Below the pieces are notes generated by a model that did no database searches, was not told where the DNA came from, and worked only from the letters and a program-made list of their open reading frames with translations. From Planctomycetota bacterium (GTDB lineage Bacteria > Planctomycetota > JAJSAM01 > JAJVHW01), in the NCBI GenBank assembly GCA_965248445.1, contig CBDFJG010000004.1:768001-832000 (forward strand): DNA of 64,000 nt, given 5' to 3'. Each line of letters begins with the position of its first letter. The stretch's first letter is position 1. Both the position numbers and the translations under genes were made by a program. Shown here piece by piece: positions 50,489-61,237 of this stretch.

Positions 50489-52105
50489 TCAGCGAGGCCG
50501 GAGCGGCACTTCGACCTCGGTGACGCGGTCGTCGTGGATCTCGAAATGGTGAACCGCAGCCGGGTGGTAGCCAACCGCCGTGACCATCAGCTCGTGCGGG
50601 CCGGTGAAGTCGGCGGCGACGAACGGCGGGTATCCGGTTCCCGGGTTGAACGGGTCCGGCCAGTGGTGCACACGGCCGCTGTAGCGCGGCCGCTTGACGC
50701 GCAGGCTCAGTACGCCGCGCGGCGGCTGGAGTGGTCGGCGAGTCACGGCGTCGACGAACCGAAGCGCGATGCTCCGGCCCGCCCGCATGACGATCTCGAT
50801 GCCCTCGTCGTCCGGCGTGACGTCGCGGGCGACGCCCAGCCGCAGCGGCTGTCCCCACGCCACCGAGGCACGGCTGCCCGGCTCGACCGTGAAGAACACG
50901 CCGAGCGCGGCGATGTCGAACGGCCCCGGCCCGAGACCATGCAGCACCGCGACGCCGTCCCCGGTCGTGACCGTCGCGCGCACGGTGAGGCCGGCCTGCA
51001 CCACGTGCACGACGGTGCCGGTGGGCGCCGGAAGGCTCTTGTCCGCGCGAGCGCGGATCGTGAGGGAACGGCCCCGCGCCACCACGATGTCGCCGGCGTC
51101 GCGCACACCGTCCTGCGGCTCCGGCAGGTCCGCCACGGCCACCCCGAGATCGACGGCCGGGAGAACGATCACGCGGGCGTGCGCCGGCGTCACGAACGCG
51201 AATTCGAATCGCCCATCTACGCCGGTCTTCGTCGCGTAAACGCCGCCGTCAAGCTGGACCGAGGCACCCACGGCCGGCTCCCCAGCCGCAGTCAGCACGC
51301 GCCCGACCGCGCGAACTCCCGGCGGCGCACGCAAGACGATCGCACCGGAACGCAGGGTGAGTGCATCGAAGCGCTCCGTCAGCGGCGCGGTCACCGGCGC
51401 GGGGAACGCCTGGATGGTCGCACCGTCCGCCACCACCGACGCCGCTATCGACGCAAACTGGAACTTCCCCCGCACATCGCAGCGGGCCCAATGCTTGAAC
51501 GTATCCGTCGTGACGTTCGAAGTGCGCAGGATGACCTGCACGTGCGGCATGCCGCGCCCGGCGACATCCACAACCTGGCCACGGACCGTGACGGCCGGCT
51601 CGAGACGCAGTTCGATCACGAGATCCCCTTCTTCGGGGGGAAAGAGGATCTGGCTCTGGACGCGCTCGTCACCGCGCAGGGCGAGCACGCGGAACATGCC
51701 CTCGCCGGTCCAGATCCGCACACGTGCGCCTCCCGCCGCGTCCGTCAGCGCCACCGGCTCGCCCGCGAGCGCGAGCCGTGTCTGCAGCGCGACCACCTGG
51801 ATGAGCGCACCCTCGACGACGGCGCCGTTGCCGTCGAGCACCGAGACGCGCGCGTACTTGTACTCGGTCGGTGGCGGGATGACGCCCGTGGGTGCAGGAG
51901 CGGCGGGCTGCTCGCCGTGGACCGACCCACCGGTCCCTCGCTCGATCCGATCCCGCGGCGCTCGCTCCTCCCCGGCAACGACGGTCCCCTCCGTACCGCG
52001 CAACTCCGGTGGAGCCGCCCCCGGACCCGTCATGAACCACGCGGCCGTGCCGAGCAGCACGAGAAGCAGCAGCAGGATGGCGAGGGCAACGAGAACGCGG
52101 CGCAC
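50489..52105 (-). CDS. Membrane-anchored carboxypeptidase-regulatory-like domain protein
   Basis: N-terminal TM; VRGQVVD..G, GRVLTAAGEPAVGASV, TGVDGRFEF modules. Confidence 0.72.
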   Translation of the reverse strand: MRRVLVALAILLLLLVLLGTAAWFMTGPGAAPPELRGTEGTVVAGEERAPRDRIERGTGGSVHGEQPAAPAPTGVIPPPTEYKYARVSVLDGNGAVVEGALIQVVALQTRLALAGEPVALTDAAGGARVRIWTGEGMFRVLALRGDERVQSQILFPPEEGDLVIELRLEPAVTVRGQVVDVAGRGMPHVQVILRTSNVTTDTFKHWARCDVRGKFQFASIAASVVADGATIQAFPAPVTAPLTERFDALTLRSGAIVLRAPPGVRAVGRVLTAAGEPAVGASVQLDGGVYATKTGVDGRFEFAFVTPAHARVIVLPAVDLGVAVADLPEPQDGVRDAGDIVVARGRSLTIRARADKSLPAPTGTVVHVVQAGLTVRATVTTGDGVAVLHGLGPGPFDIAALGVFFTVEPGSRASVAWGQPLRLGVARDVTPDDEGIEIVMRAGRSIALRFVDAVTRRPLQPPRGVLSLRVKRPRYSGRVHHWPDPFNPGTGYPPFVAADFTGPHELMVTAVGYHPAAVHHFEIHDDRVTEVEVPLRPR

Positions 52106-52153
52106 GGCGTCAGGTTAGACGCGCGTGGGCCGCGTTCCTTCGGCCACCGCAGA

Positions 52154-53482
52154 TCAGGCGAAGATCGACTTCACGACGCGCCCCTCCTTGGGCGTCAGCG
52201 TGATCGGACGGTCGTTGGCCTCGTACTCCGTCCACGGGTCGACGCCGAACGCATGCCAGATGCTCGCGTGCAGGTCCGGCACCTTGACCGGGTCGCCCTT
52301 GGGGGCCTCGCCGTTCGCGTCGGTCTCGCCGATCACCTGGCCACCCATCACGCCGCCGCCCGCGAGCAGCGACGAGAACGCGCGCGAGTAGTGATCGCGG
52401 CCGCCCCGCGGGTTGATCCGCGGCGTGCGGCCGAACTCGCTGACGCACATGACGAGCGTCGAGTCGAGCATGCCCCGCGCCTTCAGGTCGTCGATCAGCG
52501 CCGACAACCCCGTGTCGAGATCCGCACAGAGCGCCTCGACCCGGTTGAAGTTGTCGTCGTGCGTGTCCCAGCCGTTCAGGGTCACCTCGACGCAGGAGAC
52601 GCCCGACTCGAGCAGGCGCCGCGCCAGGAGCGTGCCCTGGCCGAACCGCGAGGATCCGTACATCTCGCGGTCCTTCGGCTTCTCCTGCTCGATGTCGAAC
52701 GCCGCGCGGAGCGGCGAGTCCATCAGGCGCTTGGCCTTGACGAACATGTCGTCGTGGCCGGCGCGCACCGCGTCGCCGTGCGACTTGGCGAACCCGTCCT
52801 GCAGGGATTCCAGCAGGTCGAGACGTCGCTCGACGCGGTCCTGCCCGACCGCCGCGTGGTACTCCATGTTCTGGGGCTTGCGATCCGCGCGCTGCAGCAC
52901 CAGCGGTGCGTGCTTCACGCCGAGGAAAGCGGAGCTGTCCTGCGAGGGACCGATCGACACGAAGTTCGGCAGCTCGAAGTCGGACGGCCCGATCTCCCGC
53001 GACACACCGGAGCCGATGGTTGGGTGCTTGACCGTGGCCTCGGGCGAGTAGCCCGTGTGCACCAGCGTGCGGGCGCGGCTGTGATTGCCCTCGGACGACG
53101 TCATGCTGCGGATCAGCGTGAGGTCGAGCATCCGGGCGGCGAGCTTCGGCAGGTGCTGGCCGAGCACGACGCCGGGGATCTTGGTCTTGACCGGCACGAA
53201 CGATCCGCCGGTCTCGCGGCCGGGCTTCGGGTCGAACGTGTCGATGTGCGACGCGCCGCCAGCCAGGTAGACCAGCACCGCGCGCTTTGCCTTGCCGTGT
53301 CCGGCGAGGGCGTCACCCGGCGGAACCGGGCGATCGTCGGCGAACGCCGTCTTCAGGCCGGCGCCGGAGAGGGCCGCCGCCGCAGTGGCAAGCAGCGAGC
53401 CGCGTAGGACTCCGCGGCGCGTGCAGCACGCGTCGGCGACCAGCTTCGAGCCGGTGACGTTGTCGGGGACGTGGATGCGCAT
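52154..53482 (-). CDS. DUF1501 domain protein (Tat signal)
   Basis: TRRGVL twin-Arg; GGASHIDTFDPKP, LLARRLLESGV, WDTH, SEFGRTP.IN..GGRDH. Confidence 0.94.
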   Translation of the reverse strand: MRIHVPDNVTGSKLVADACCTRRGVLRGSLLATAAAALSGAGLKTAFADDRPVPPGDALAGHGKAKRAVLVYLAGGASHIDTFDPKPGRETGGSFVPVKTKIPGVVLGQHLPKLAARMLDLTLIRSMTSSEGNHSRARTLVHTGYSPEATVKHPTIGSGVSREIGPSDFELPNFVSIGPSQDSSAFLGVKHAPLVLQRADRKPQNMEYHAAVGQDRVERRLDLLESLQDGFAKSHGDAVRAGHDDMFVKAKRLMDSPLRAAFDIEQEKPKDREMYGSSRFGQGTLLARRLLESGVSCVEVTLNGWDTHDDNFNRVEALCADLDTGLSALIDDLKARGMLDSTLVMCVSEFGRTPRINPRGGRDHYSRAFSSLLAGGGVMGGQVIGETDANGEAPKGDPVKVPDLHASIWHAFGVDPWTEYEANDRPITLTPKEGRVVKSIFA

Positions 53483-53506
53483 GGCTGGTTCTTCCTGTGT
53501 CGGCTG

Positions 53507-55453
53507 CTAGTTGTTGCTCGAGAACTCGCTCGAGGAAATCAGCGCCCAGAGGAGGTCGGCGTACGCCGCGTGCTCGCGGAGTTCACCGGTGCGCCGGCGC
53601 TTCTTCGCCTTGTTCTTCTTCGTCTTGCCGTCCGTCGGCACCGTCTCCTCGACGGTCTTCGCGGTCTTCGCGAAGTGCGTGAACTTGTTGAGTTCCTTCG
53701 CTGTCGGTTCGCGGGACAGCGTCCGCAGGAACAGGTGGCGCACGCACTCCCGCACCGTGTCGTAGTCACCGACGATCTGCGGGATCACGGAGACGTTCTT
53801 TTGCACCAGGGCGTTGTTGATGACGTCGCTGTTGAGTAGGAAGAGACCCTGCGGAACGGTGCCGGAGAACGACTCCGACTCGCCGCCCTCGTCGTCCTCG
53901 AACGTCTGGAAGTAACTCCGCGCCATGCTGGCGAGGATGCGCTCGACGCGCGTCATCTCCGTGCCGTCGGTGCCCATCATCATCCCGCCCCGTCCGCCCG
54001 TCATGTCGACCGACGACGGCGAGCCGCCATACAACCCGCTCATGCGCGCACCGTCCTTGCGGACGCCCAGCGCGACCTGAAGAGAGTCGAACGTCTGCTG
54101 GGGCGTGATCTCCTTGAGTGGACCGGCTGAGAAGAACTCGTCGGCGAGCGGCGTACGCTCGGGTACCGAGGTCGAGAGCTGGTACGCCTTGGTGGCGGCG
54201 ATGACGCGCACCAGCCGCTTCAGGTCGAACGCGTGGTCCGCCGTGTCCTCGGCCAGCACGTCGAGCGCCTGTGGAACGGACGGGATGTTGACGCTGCTGA
54301 AGTCGTCGATCGGGTGGACGATGCCGCGCCCGAACATCCAGCCCCAGTACCGGTTGGCCAGCGCCTTCGCCGTGTAGGGGTTCTCCGTGTCGGTGATCCA
54401 ACCGGCGAGACCCGAACGGCGGGTCGCACTCGCCTTGGGATCAAAGTCGCTGCCGAGCAGGTACTTCGGCGTCACCTTGGCGATCTCGCCCAGCTCACGC
54501 TCCGCCCGTCGGCGCAGGTTGCGTGCAACGCCCCCGCGGCCGGTCGTGGCCATCAACTCGACGTCCTGGATGTTGCGCGTACGCGGCCGGCGGCGGTTCG
54601 CCTGCTGGCGCGCCTTGTCCTCGGCCATGCCCTGCTTGATGAGTGCCTGCACCTGCTGTTCGTAGCGCCGCTCGGCCCGCTCTGCGGCCCGCGCTCCGAG
54701 GATCGAGTAGTCGATCCGCTCGGGGACGCCGACCGTGGTGCCCCAGAACGCTGCGAAGCCGTTGAAGTCGGCCTGCGTGATCTCCTCGTACGGGTGATCG
54801 TGACACTGCGCGCACTGGATCTGCACGCCGAGGAAGTGCTTGCTGACCGCGCCGGCCATATCCGTGGCGGAGTGGGCGCGGCGGCCGGCGTAGTTCACGG
54901 CGCCGTTCTCGTACCCGGTGCCTTTCGCAGTCAGGAGGTCGGTGACCAGCTCCGCGTAGGGGCGATCCGCTTCGAACTGCTGCTCGAGCCAGCGGCGAAA
55001 CAGCCCGGGCACGTAGTCGCGGTTGTTGTCGTTCGTACCCTCTCCGACCAGCGTGCTGCCCCACAGGTTCGTGAAGTGGCGGGCGTACCCCGGTGTGTCG
55101 AGGAGGTGATCCACGAGGCGTGCGCGCTTGTCCTCGGCGTCGTCCCGGACGAACAGGAGGACCTGGTCCGCAGTCGGAATCGTGCCGACGATGTCGAGGT
55201 ACACGCGGCGCACGTACTCCTCGTCGGTGCACGTGCCCGGAGGCACGAGGCCCTCGCGATCCCACGCCGCGGCAACGAGGAAATCGAGGTCCATCGCCAC
55301 GTCGGCGGGAGTGCGGGACGGATCGTCGCGCTTGACCGCGGGCCCGTCGGAGGTCGCGCCGTCGCGCCCGAACACCTCCGGAGCGAACGGGAACGCGGCG
55401 AGCACGGCGGCGACGCCCACTCCTGCGATCAATCTGATGGAAGGCCTGCGCAT
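53507..55453 (-). CDS. DUF1549/DUF1553 domain protein
   Basis: YVRRVYLDIVGTIP, FLGVQIQCAQCHDHP, NPYTAKALANRYW...GRGIVHPIDD, DLLWALISSSEF. Confidence 0.94.
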   Translation of the reverse strand: MRRPSIRLIAGVGVAAVLAAFPFAPEVFGRDGATSDGPAVKRDDPSRTPADVAMDLDFLVAAAWDREGLVPPGTCTDEEYVRRVYLDIVGTIPTADQVLLFVRDDAEDKRARLVDHLLDTPGYARHFTNLWGSTLVGEGTNDNNRDYVPGLFRRWLEQQFEADRPYAELVTDLLTAKGTGYENGAVNYAGRRAHSATDMAGAVSKHFLGVQIQCAQCHDHPYEEITQADFNGFAAFWGTTVGVPERIDYSILGARAAERAERRYEQQVQALIKQGMAEDKARQQANRRRPRTRNIQDVELMATTGRGGVARNLRRRAERELGEIAKVTPKYLLGSDFDPKASATRRSGLAGWITDTENPYTAKALANRYWGWMFGRGIVHPIDDFSSVNIPSVPQALDVLAEDTADHAFDLKRLVRVIAATKAYQLSTSVPERTPLADEFFSAGPLKEITPQQTFDSLQVALGVRKDGARMSGLYGGSPSSVDMTGGRGGMMMGTDGTEMTRVERILASMARSYFQTFEDDEGGESESFSGTVPQGLFLLNSDVINNALVQKNVSVIPQIVGDYDTVRECVRHLFLRTLSREPTAKELNKFTHFAKTAKTVEETVPTDGKTKKNKAKKRRRTGELREHAAYADLLWALISSSEFSSNN

Positions 55454-55565
55454 GACTCTCGTGTCTCCGCTGCGTGTCTCAGCTGGGCTGCGTTACAGCC
55501 AAGGTACCAACCCCGCTCCCCCGATCCGGTTTCGTGACCGCGCTCGGGGAGGCGAACATCCGAGG

Positions 55566-56141
55566 GTGAGCCGGCCCCCCGAGTCCCCAGAACCAGCGGA
55601 ACCGAGAGAACCGCTTCCGGTCTGGCCGGACGCGCCCCGGCACCGGCCGGAGGCCCCCCTTCCCTCTTATCGGTTCCAGCCCGGCGTCCACCCACACCCC
55701 CGGCGCGATCCGGACGGCAGCCTCTACGGCTTCCCCGAGCACGCCCCCGGGCTCCCGGCCTCGGAGTGGCGGCAGGACGAGTCATGGCTGGTCGGGCTCG
55801 ACCTCTACCACCAGGGCTACCTCTGGGAGGCCCACGAGGCTCTCGAGGCGTGCTACTTCGCGAGCGAGGACCGACGCGACCGCGCCCTCGTCCAGGGAGT
55901 CATCCAGCTCGCGGCCGCTCTGCTGCAGCACCACCGCCGCATCGAGAACGGCGTGCGACGGCTGGCGCGTGCCTCGCACACGAAGCTCGTCGCGGCCGTC
56001 GACGACGACGCCCCGACGCTGCGCGGCATCGACGTCGCGGCGCTGGCGTCGGACGTCGCGCGGCACTTCGCCGCCGCTCTCGGCGACGGGGACCCGCTCG
56101 AGGTCGCCGGCCGGCCGCCGCGGCTGGCTGTCAGCGACTGA
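55566..56141 (+). CDS. DUF309 domain protein
   Basis: GLDLYHQGYLWEAHEALE...VQGVIQLAAA; GTG start chosen within ORF 55128-56141. Confidence 0.85.
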   Translation: MSRPPESPEPAEPREPLPVWPDAPRHRPEAPLPSYRFQPGVHPHPRRDPDGSLYGFPEHAPGLPASEWRQDESWLVGLDLYHQGYLWEAHEALEACYFASEDRRDRALVQGVIQLAAALLQHHRRIENGVRRLARASHTKLVAAVDDDAPTLRGIDVAALASDVARHFAAALGDGDPLEVAGRPPRLAVSD

Positions 56142-56969
56142 TCACGCGGTCTGCAGGAACCGCGCCCACTCCGTTCCACCGAGCGCGTGCTCGACGTCCA
56201 CCCAGTTCAGCACGACCTCCTTCAGCGGACGGCGGGCCTGCTTGACGAGCGGACTCCCGGCCGGCCGCGGCGTGACGCCGAGGAACTGCTGGACCTCCGC
56301 GACGACGCGGTCGGGCTCGGCGGAGAGCTCCTCGTACACGATGCGGTGGATCCGCTCGGGCGCGAACAGTGCGGCGGCGGCCGCCGCCCGCCGGCCGTAC
56401 TGCGCGAAGAACGCGAGGAGGTCCTGCGGATCGACCACGATCGGCCCAGTGGCGACGAGTGCGCTCTCCGCCTCTCCCACATCCGTGCTCGACATCGCAC
56501 CGGTGCGCTGCGCGACGAGCGCGGACACCCGCAGCCGGAGCAGGTTCTCCCGCACCAGGTGCACGACGCGCACGCCGTCCGCAGCCAGCCGCTCCGCGAG
56601 GCCGGGGACCGGCTTGAGCAGGACTTGCGGATAGAACAGCTTGAACCCGACAGCGCGGATGCCGGGGGGCTGCTCGCGGAACGGCCCGTCGGACAGGAAG
56701 CCGAGCGGGTCCGCGTCGCGCAGCGCGGCGACGCGCTCGGCGTGCAGCGGCCGGGCGCGCGCCGTTCCCCAGAACACGCGGTGAGGCGAGAACAGCTCGG
56801 AGTACGCCACGACCTCGGGATGTGAATCGAGCAGCGTGCGCAGGTAGTTCGAACCGGTTCGGTACCAACCGAGCAACACGAACTGAACGTAGTCCCGACC
56901 GCCGGGCATGACGCCCAGGTCCACTGCACGATGGGAGAGCGCCTGCACGGCGCGCGAGAGGCTGCTCAC
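56142..56969 (-). CDS. Sulfotransferase (Stf0-like)
   Basis: PAPS-binding FVLLGWYRTGSNYL..LLDSHP, GFKLFY, VVHLVRENLL...VS, IVYEEL. Confidence 0.85.
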   Translation of the reverse strand: MSSLSRAVQALSHRAVDLGVMPGGRDYVQFVLLGWYRTGSNYLRTLLDSHPEVVAYSELFSPHRVFWGTARARPLHAERVAALRDADPLGFLSDGPFREQPPGIRAVGFKLFYPQVLLKPVPGLAERLAADGVRVVHLVRENLLRLRVSALVAQRTGAMSSTDVGEAESALVATGPIVVDPQDLLAFFAQYGRRAAAAAALFAPERIHRIVYEELSAEPDRVVAEVQQFLGVTPRPAGSPLVKQARRPLKEVVLNWVDVEHALGGTEWARFLQTA

Positions 56970-56993
56970 GGGCGCGGAGTCTACTCCGAACCC

Positions 56994-58046
56994 TCAGATC
57001 CACCGCTTGCGGCGGAAGAACAGGAGCATCGCCACGGCCACGATCGCCATGACTCCGAGCAGTGCGGGGTAGGCCCACGCCTGCTTGAGTTCGGGCATGT
57101 TCTCGAAGTTCATGCCGTAGACACCCGCCAGGAACGACAGCGGCATGAACACCGTCGCGATTACGGTCAGCACGCGCATGGTCTCGTTGAGTCTCGAGTC
57201 GAGCTTCGTCAGATACAGGTCTCGTACGCTGCTGACGAGGTCGCGCAGCGTCTCACTCGTCTCGATGACGTGCAGGACGTGGCCGTGCAGGTCACCGAAG
57301 CAGGCCCGGGCGCCGTCCCCGATCAGCGGACTCTCCGTGCGCAGCAGCGCCCCCACCCCATCGCGCAGCGGCCAGACCGCCCGCCGCAATCGAACCAACT
57401 GAGACCGCGCCCGGTGCAAGCCGCCGAGCGTCGGGGGCGCTTTGCCCGCCTCGACCGTGCTTTCGAGCTTCTCGATGCGCGTCTCGAGTCCTTCGAGGAG
57501 TGCGAAGTAACCGTCGACGCACTGCTCGAGCAGCGCGTGCGCCAGACGATCGGATCCCTCGCGACGCAATCGCCCCCGCTCGCCGGTCACGCGCGTGCAA
57601 ACCGGGCCGAACGGATCGCCGTGGTCGAACGAGAGCGAGAGCACGTAACCGCGGCCCACGATCACGGCGGCGTGGACGGACCGCACGCGCGTATCGACGA
57701 GAGAGAGCAGCTTGAACGTGATTCCCAGATGCTCGTCGGATTCGGTGCTGAGCGCCGGCCGCCGCACCGGATCCGCGACATCGCCGACCAGCCGCGGCGG
57801 AACCCCGAACACCTGTCCCCACCGCAGCGCGAGGCCCGCGCACCCCGGACCGGCCGCATCGATCCAGAGCACCTGACCCGAACGCAGTTCGCCGGCCAGA
57901 GTGTCGAGCTCGGAGGGCGCGACGTCGCGCTCCTCGAACTCGTCGCCGTCGTAGCGACGCAGCGTGACTCGCACGTCATCCCCGGCACCGGCGCGCTCGC
58001 CAGGTTGCTCGAACCACGACGATGCCGGGGGCTCGTTGACGCTCAC
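56994..58046 (-). CDS. corA: Magnesium/cobalt transporter CorA
   Basis: LNETMRVLTVIATVFMPLSFLAGVYGMNFENMPEL and C-terminal TM. Confidence 0.95.
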   Translation of the reverse strand: MSVNEPPASSWFEQPGERAGAGDDVRVTLRRYDGDEFEERDVAPSELDTLAGELRSGQVLWIDAAGPGCAGLALRWGQVFGVPPRLVGDVADPVRRPALSTESDEHLGITFKLLSLVDTRVRSVHAAVIVGRGYVLSLSFDHGDPFGPVCTRVTGERGRLRREGSDRLAHALLEQCVDGYFALLEGLETRIEKLESTVEAGKAPPTLGGLHRARSQLVRLRRAVWPLRDGVGALLRTESPLIGDGARACFGDLHGHVLHVIETSETLRDLVSSVRDLYLTKLDSRLNETMRVLTVIATVFMPLSFLAGVYGMNFENMPELKQAWAYPALLGVMAIVAVAMLLFFRRKRWI

Positions 58047-59996
58047 TTGCCGCCCGTATATCCGATCTCCGCGAGCCGCTGCGCGGTCTCTGCGTCGATC
58101 TCGCGGGAACGTCCGGTGAGTGCTGTCGCCTCGAGCGCATCGAAGAGGGCGTCCAGTCGCGCCGAGATCTGCAGGAGCAAGAGAGTCTCCCCCTCGCTCT
58201 GATCGCGGCGTTCGTCCTTGTCACGGACGACGTCGTAGAGCGCCTCCCACTTCTCGAGGGGCTGCGTGACCCGCATGTACAGGTGCCGGCCTTCGCGCAA
58301 GCTGCGCAGCTCGACCGGACCCGAGGTCGACTCCGCCAGCAGCACGCGTTTGCCCGGCACGTCCGGTAGCGGTGGAGTTGTCGGGGTGCCTCGCGGGCCG
58401 ATGGGCGTCGAGTCGTCCCGCAGGCAGACCGCGAGAGACGTTCCGGCGCGCCCCTCCTTGCGCCCCCGCGGGTAGACCACGTCGCAGAGATCCAGCAGCG
58501 TGGGGAAGACGTCCAACAGGCTGGCACCCCCCCTGACCGTCAACCCACGTGCACCGGAGTGAAACTGCGCATCCGGGGCGCGCATGATGAGCGGCACCTG
58601 GAGCAGCTCGCGATGCAGGGAGTGGCCGTGGGTCCAGCCGCCGCGGCCCCGCAGCTCCTCGCCGTGATCGGCCACGAACACGACGATCGTGTTGTCGTAC
58701 AGGCCACGTGCCTTCAGCTCATCGATCGTTCGGCCGAACCAGCGCGAGGCGTCGCGCACCTCGCCGTCGTACTGCGCACGCAGGCGCTGCACGAACTCCG
58801 GTGCGGGCTCCGGCGCGACGCTGAACGGGAGCACACCGTTGTACGGGGGCGGAGCCTCGTACGGTGTGCCGCGCGGGAGTCCGAAACTCTCGGCGTCGGT
58901 GCGCGGCGGATCGTACGGCAGGTGCGGCTCCATGATGTGCACGTAGGCGAACCACGGATGCTCGTCCCGCGCATCGAGCCACGGCAGGAGACCCTGCTCG
59001 ACCAGGTGCTGCGCCCCCCGGCCGGCCTCGTGCCCCACACCCCCTGGCTCTCCGACCAGCGAGAGCAGGCGCAACATGAACAGCGCCTTGCCGATCAGCG
59101 TGCCGTTGGCGATCACCGACGGACGCACGTAGTCCACATGATCGAAGCCCTGGCCCAGGCCGAACTCGGGCGACACGAACGGGTTGTCGGTGAACGCGGC
59201 GGTCCGCCAGCCGGACGAACGCAGGACCTCGGCGAGCGTCTCGGCCTCGGGCACCAAGATCTCGCGCGTCTGCACGCACGCGTGCTGCGTCGGGTAGAGC
59301 GAGGTGAAGAGAGACGCCACCGACGGCTTGGTCCACGGCGACGGAGCGCGGCAGTCCTCGAACCGCACGGCGTCCGCGGCGAATGCGTCGATCTCGGGCG
59401 AAGTCTTCTTCTCGTAGCCGTAGCAGCCGAGCGCGTCGGCCCGCAGCGTGTCCACCATGAACACGAGCACATTCGGCCGTTCCGCATCCCGCGCTGTCCG
59501 CGCGCCGACCTTGGGGCCGTCCGGGTCGCTCTCCACGAAGTGCAGGAGACCGGCGACGAACACGCAGACGGACGCCGCGGCTATCCAGCGGCCCCACCGC
59601 ACCTCGTCGTCGCCGGGACCGTGGTAGGCGCGGCGCATCCAGAGGTAGGCAGCGATGAGCAGGAACAGATCGAACACGATCGAGATCCACGATCCGAAGC
59701 TCGGCAGGAATCGCACGTTCACGGACGCGCCGAGGAAGAACGTGGCTCCACCCACGGCGCAGAGCAACGCGGTGGCCCGCCGGGACCAGTCGAAGCGCGT
59801 CGCGATCAGCGCTGCGAGGAGTCCGCACGGGGCGAAAAGAAGCGCGTACACCACCGTGACGTGGACCACATCGCCGTTCCGCACGAGCTCGTTGTTCGAG
59901 AGAATGGAAGTCACCGCATCGGCGAGCCCGACGACGGCGCCGGCCACGACGCCACAGAAGAGCCCGCGCACGAGGAGCGCGAGCAGGCCCGTCCGA

Positions 59997-60019
<23 letters not shown>
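58043..60019 (-). CDS. Membrane-anchored sulfatase-like hydrolase/transferase (alkaline phosphatase superfamily)
   Basis: N-terminal TMs; PNVLVFMVDTLRAD, PWTKPSVAS, PHLPYDP, YDGEV, ADHGEE; ATG at 60019 overlaps the kynA end. Confidence 0.88.
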
Positions 60020-61121
<1,102 letters not shown>

Positions 61122-61237
61122 GGGCGTTCTCTCCTCCAGCGGTGCATCGGGCCTGGGATTGACGGCAGGAGGCTACCTGACGCCGACTCTCCGCGGCTAC
61201 TCGGCGTCAGCCTGCGCGGCGCGTAGAAAGACGGTCC

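Noticed and set aside
50534..53407. Very long antisense or alternative-frame ORFs (also 22776-25094, 33301-35721, the 5' part of 41450-43951 and many others)
   Set aside because: Shadow ORFs expected in high-GC DNA opposite well-supported genes; Arg/Ala/Pro-rich with no recognisable motifs.
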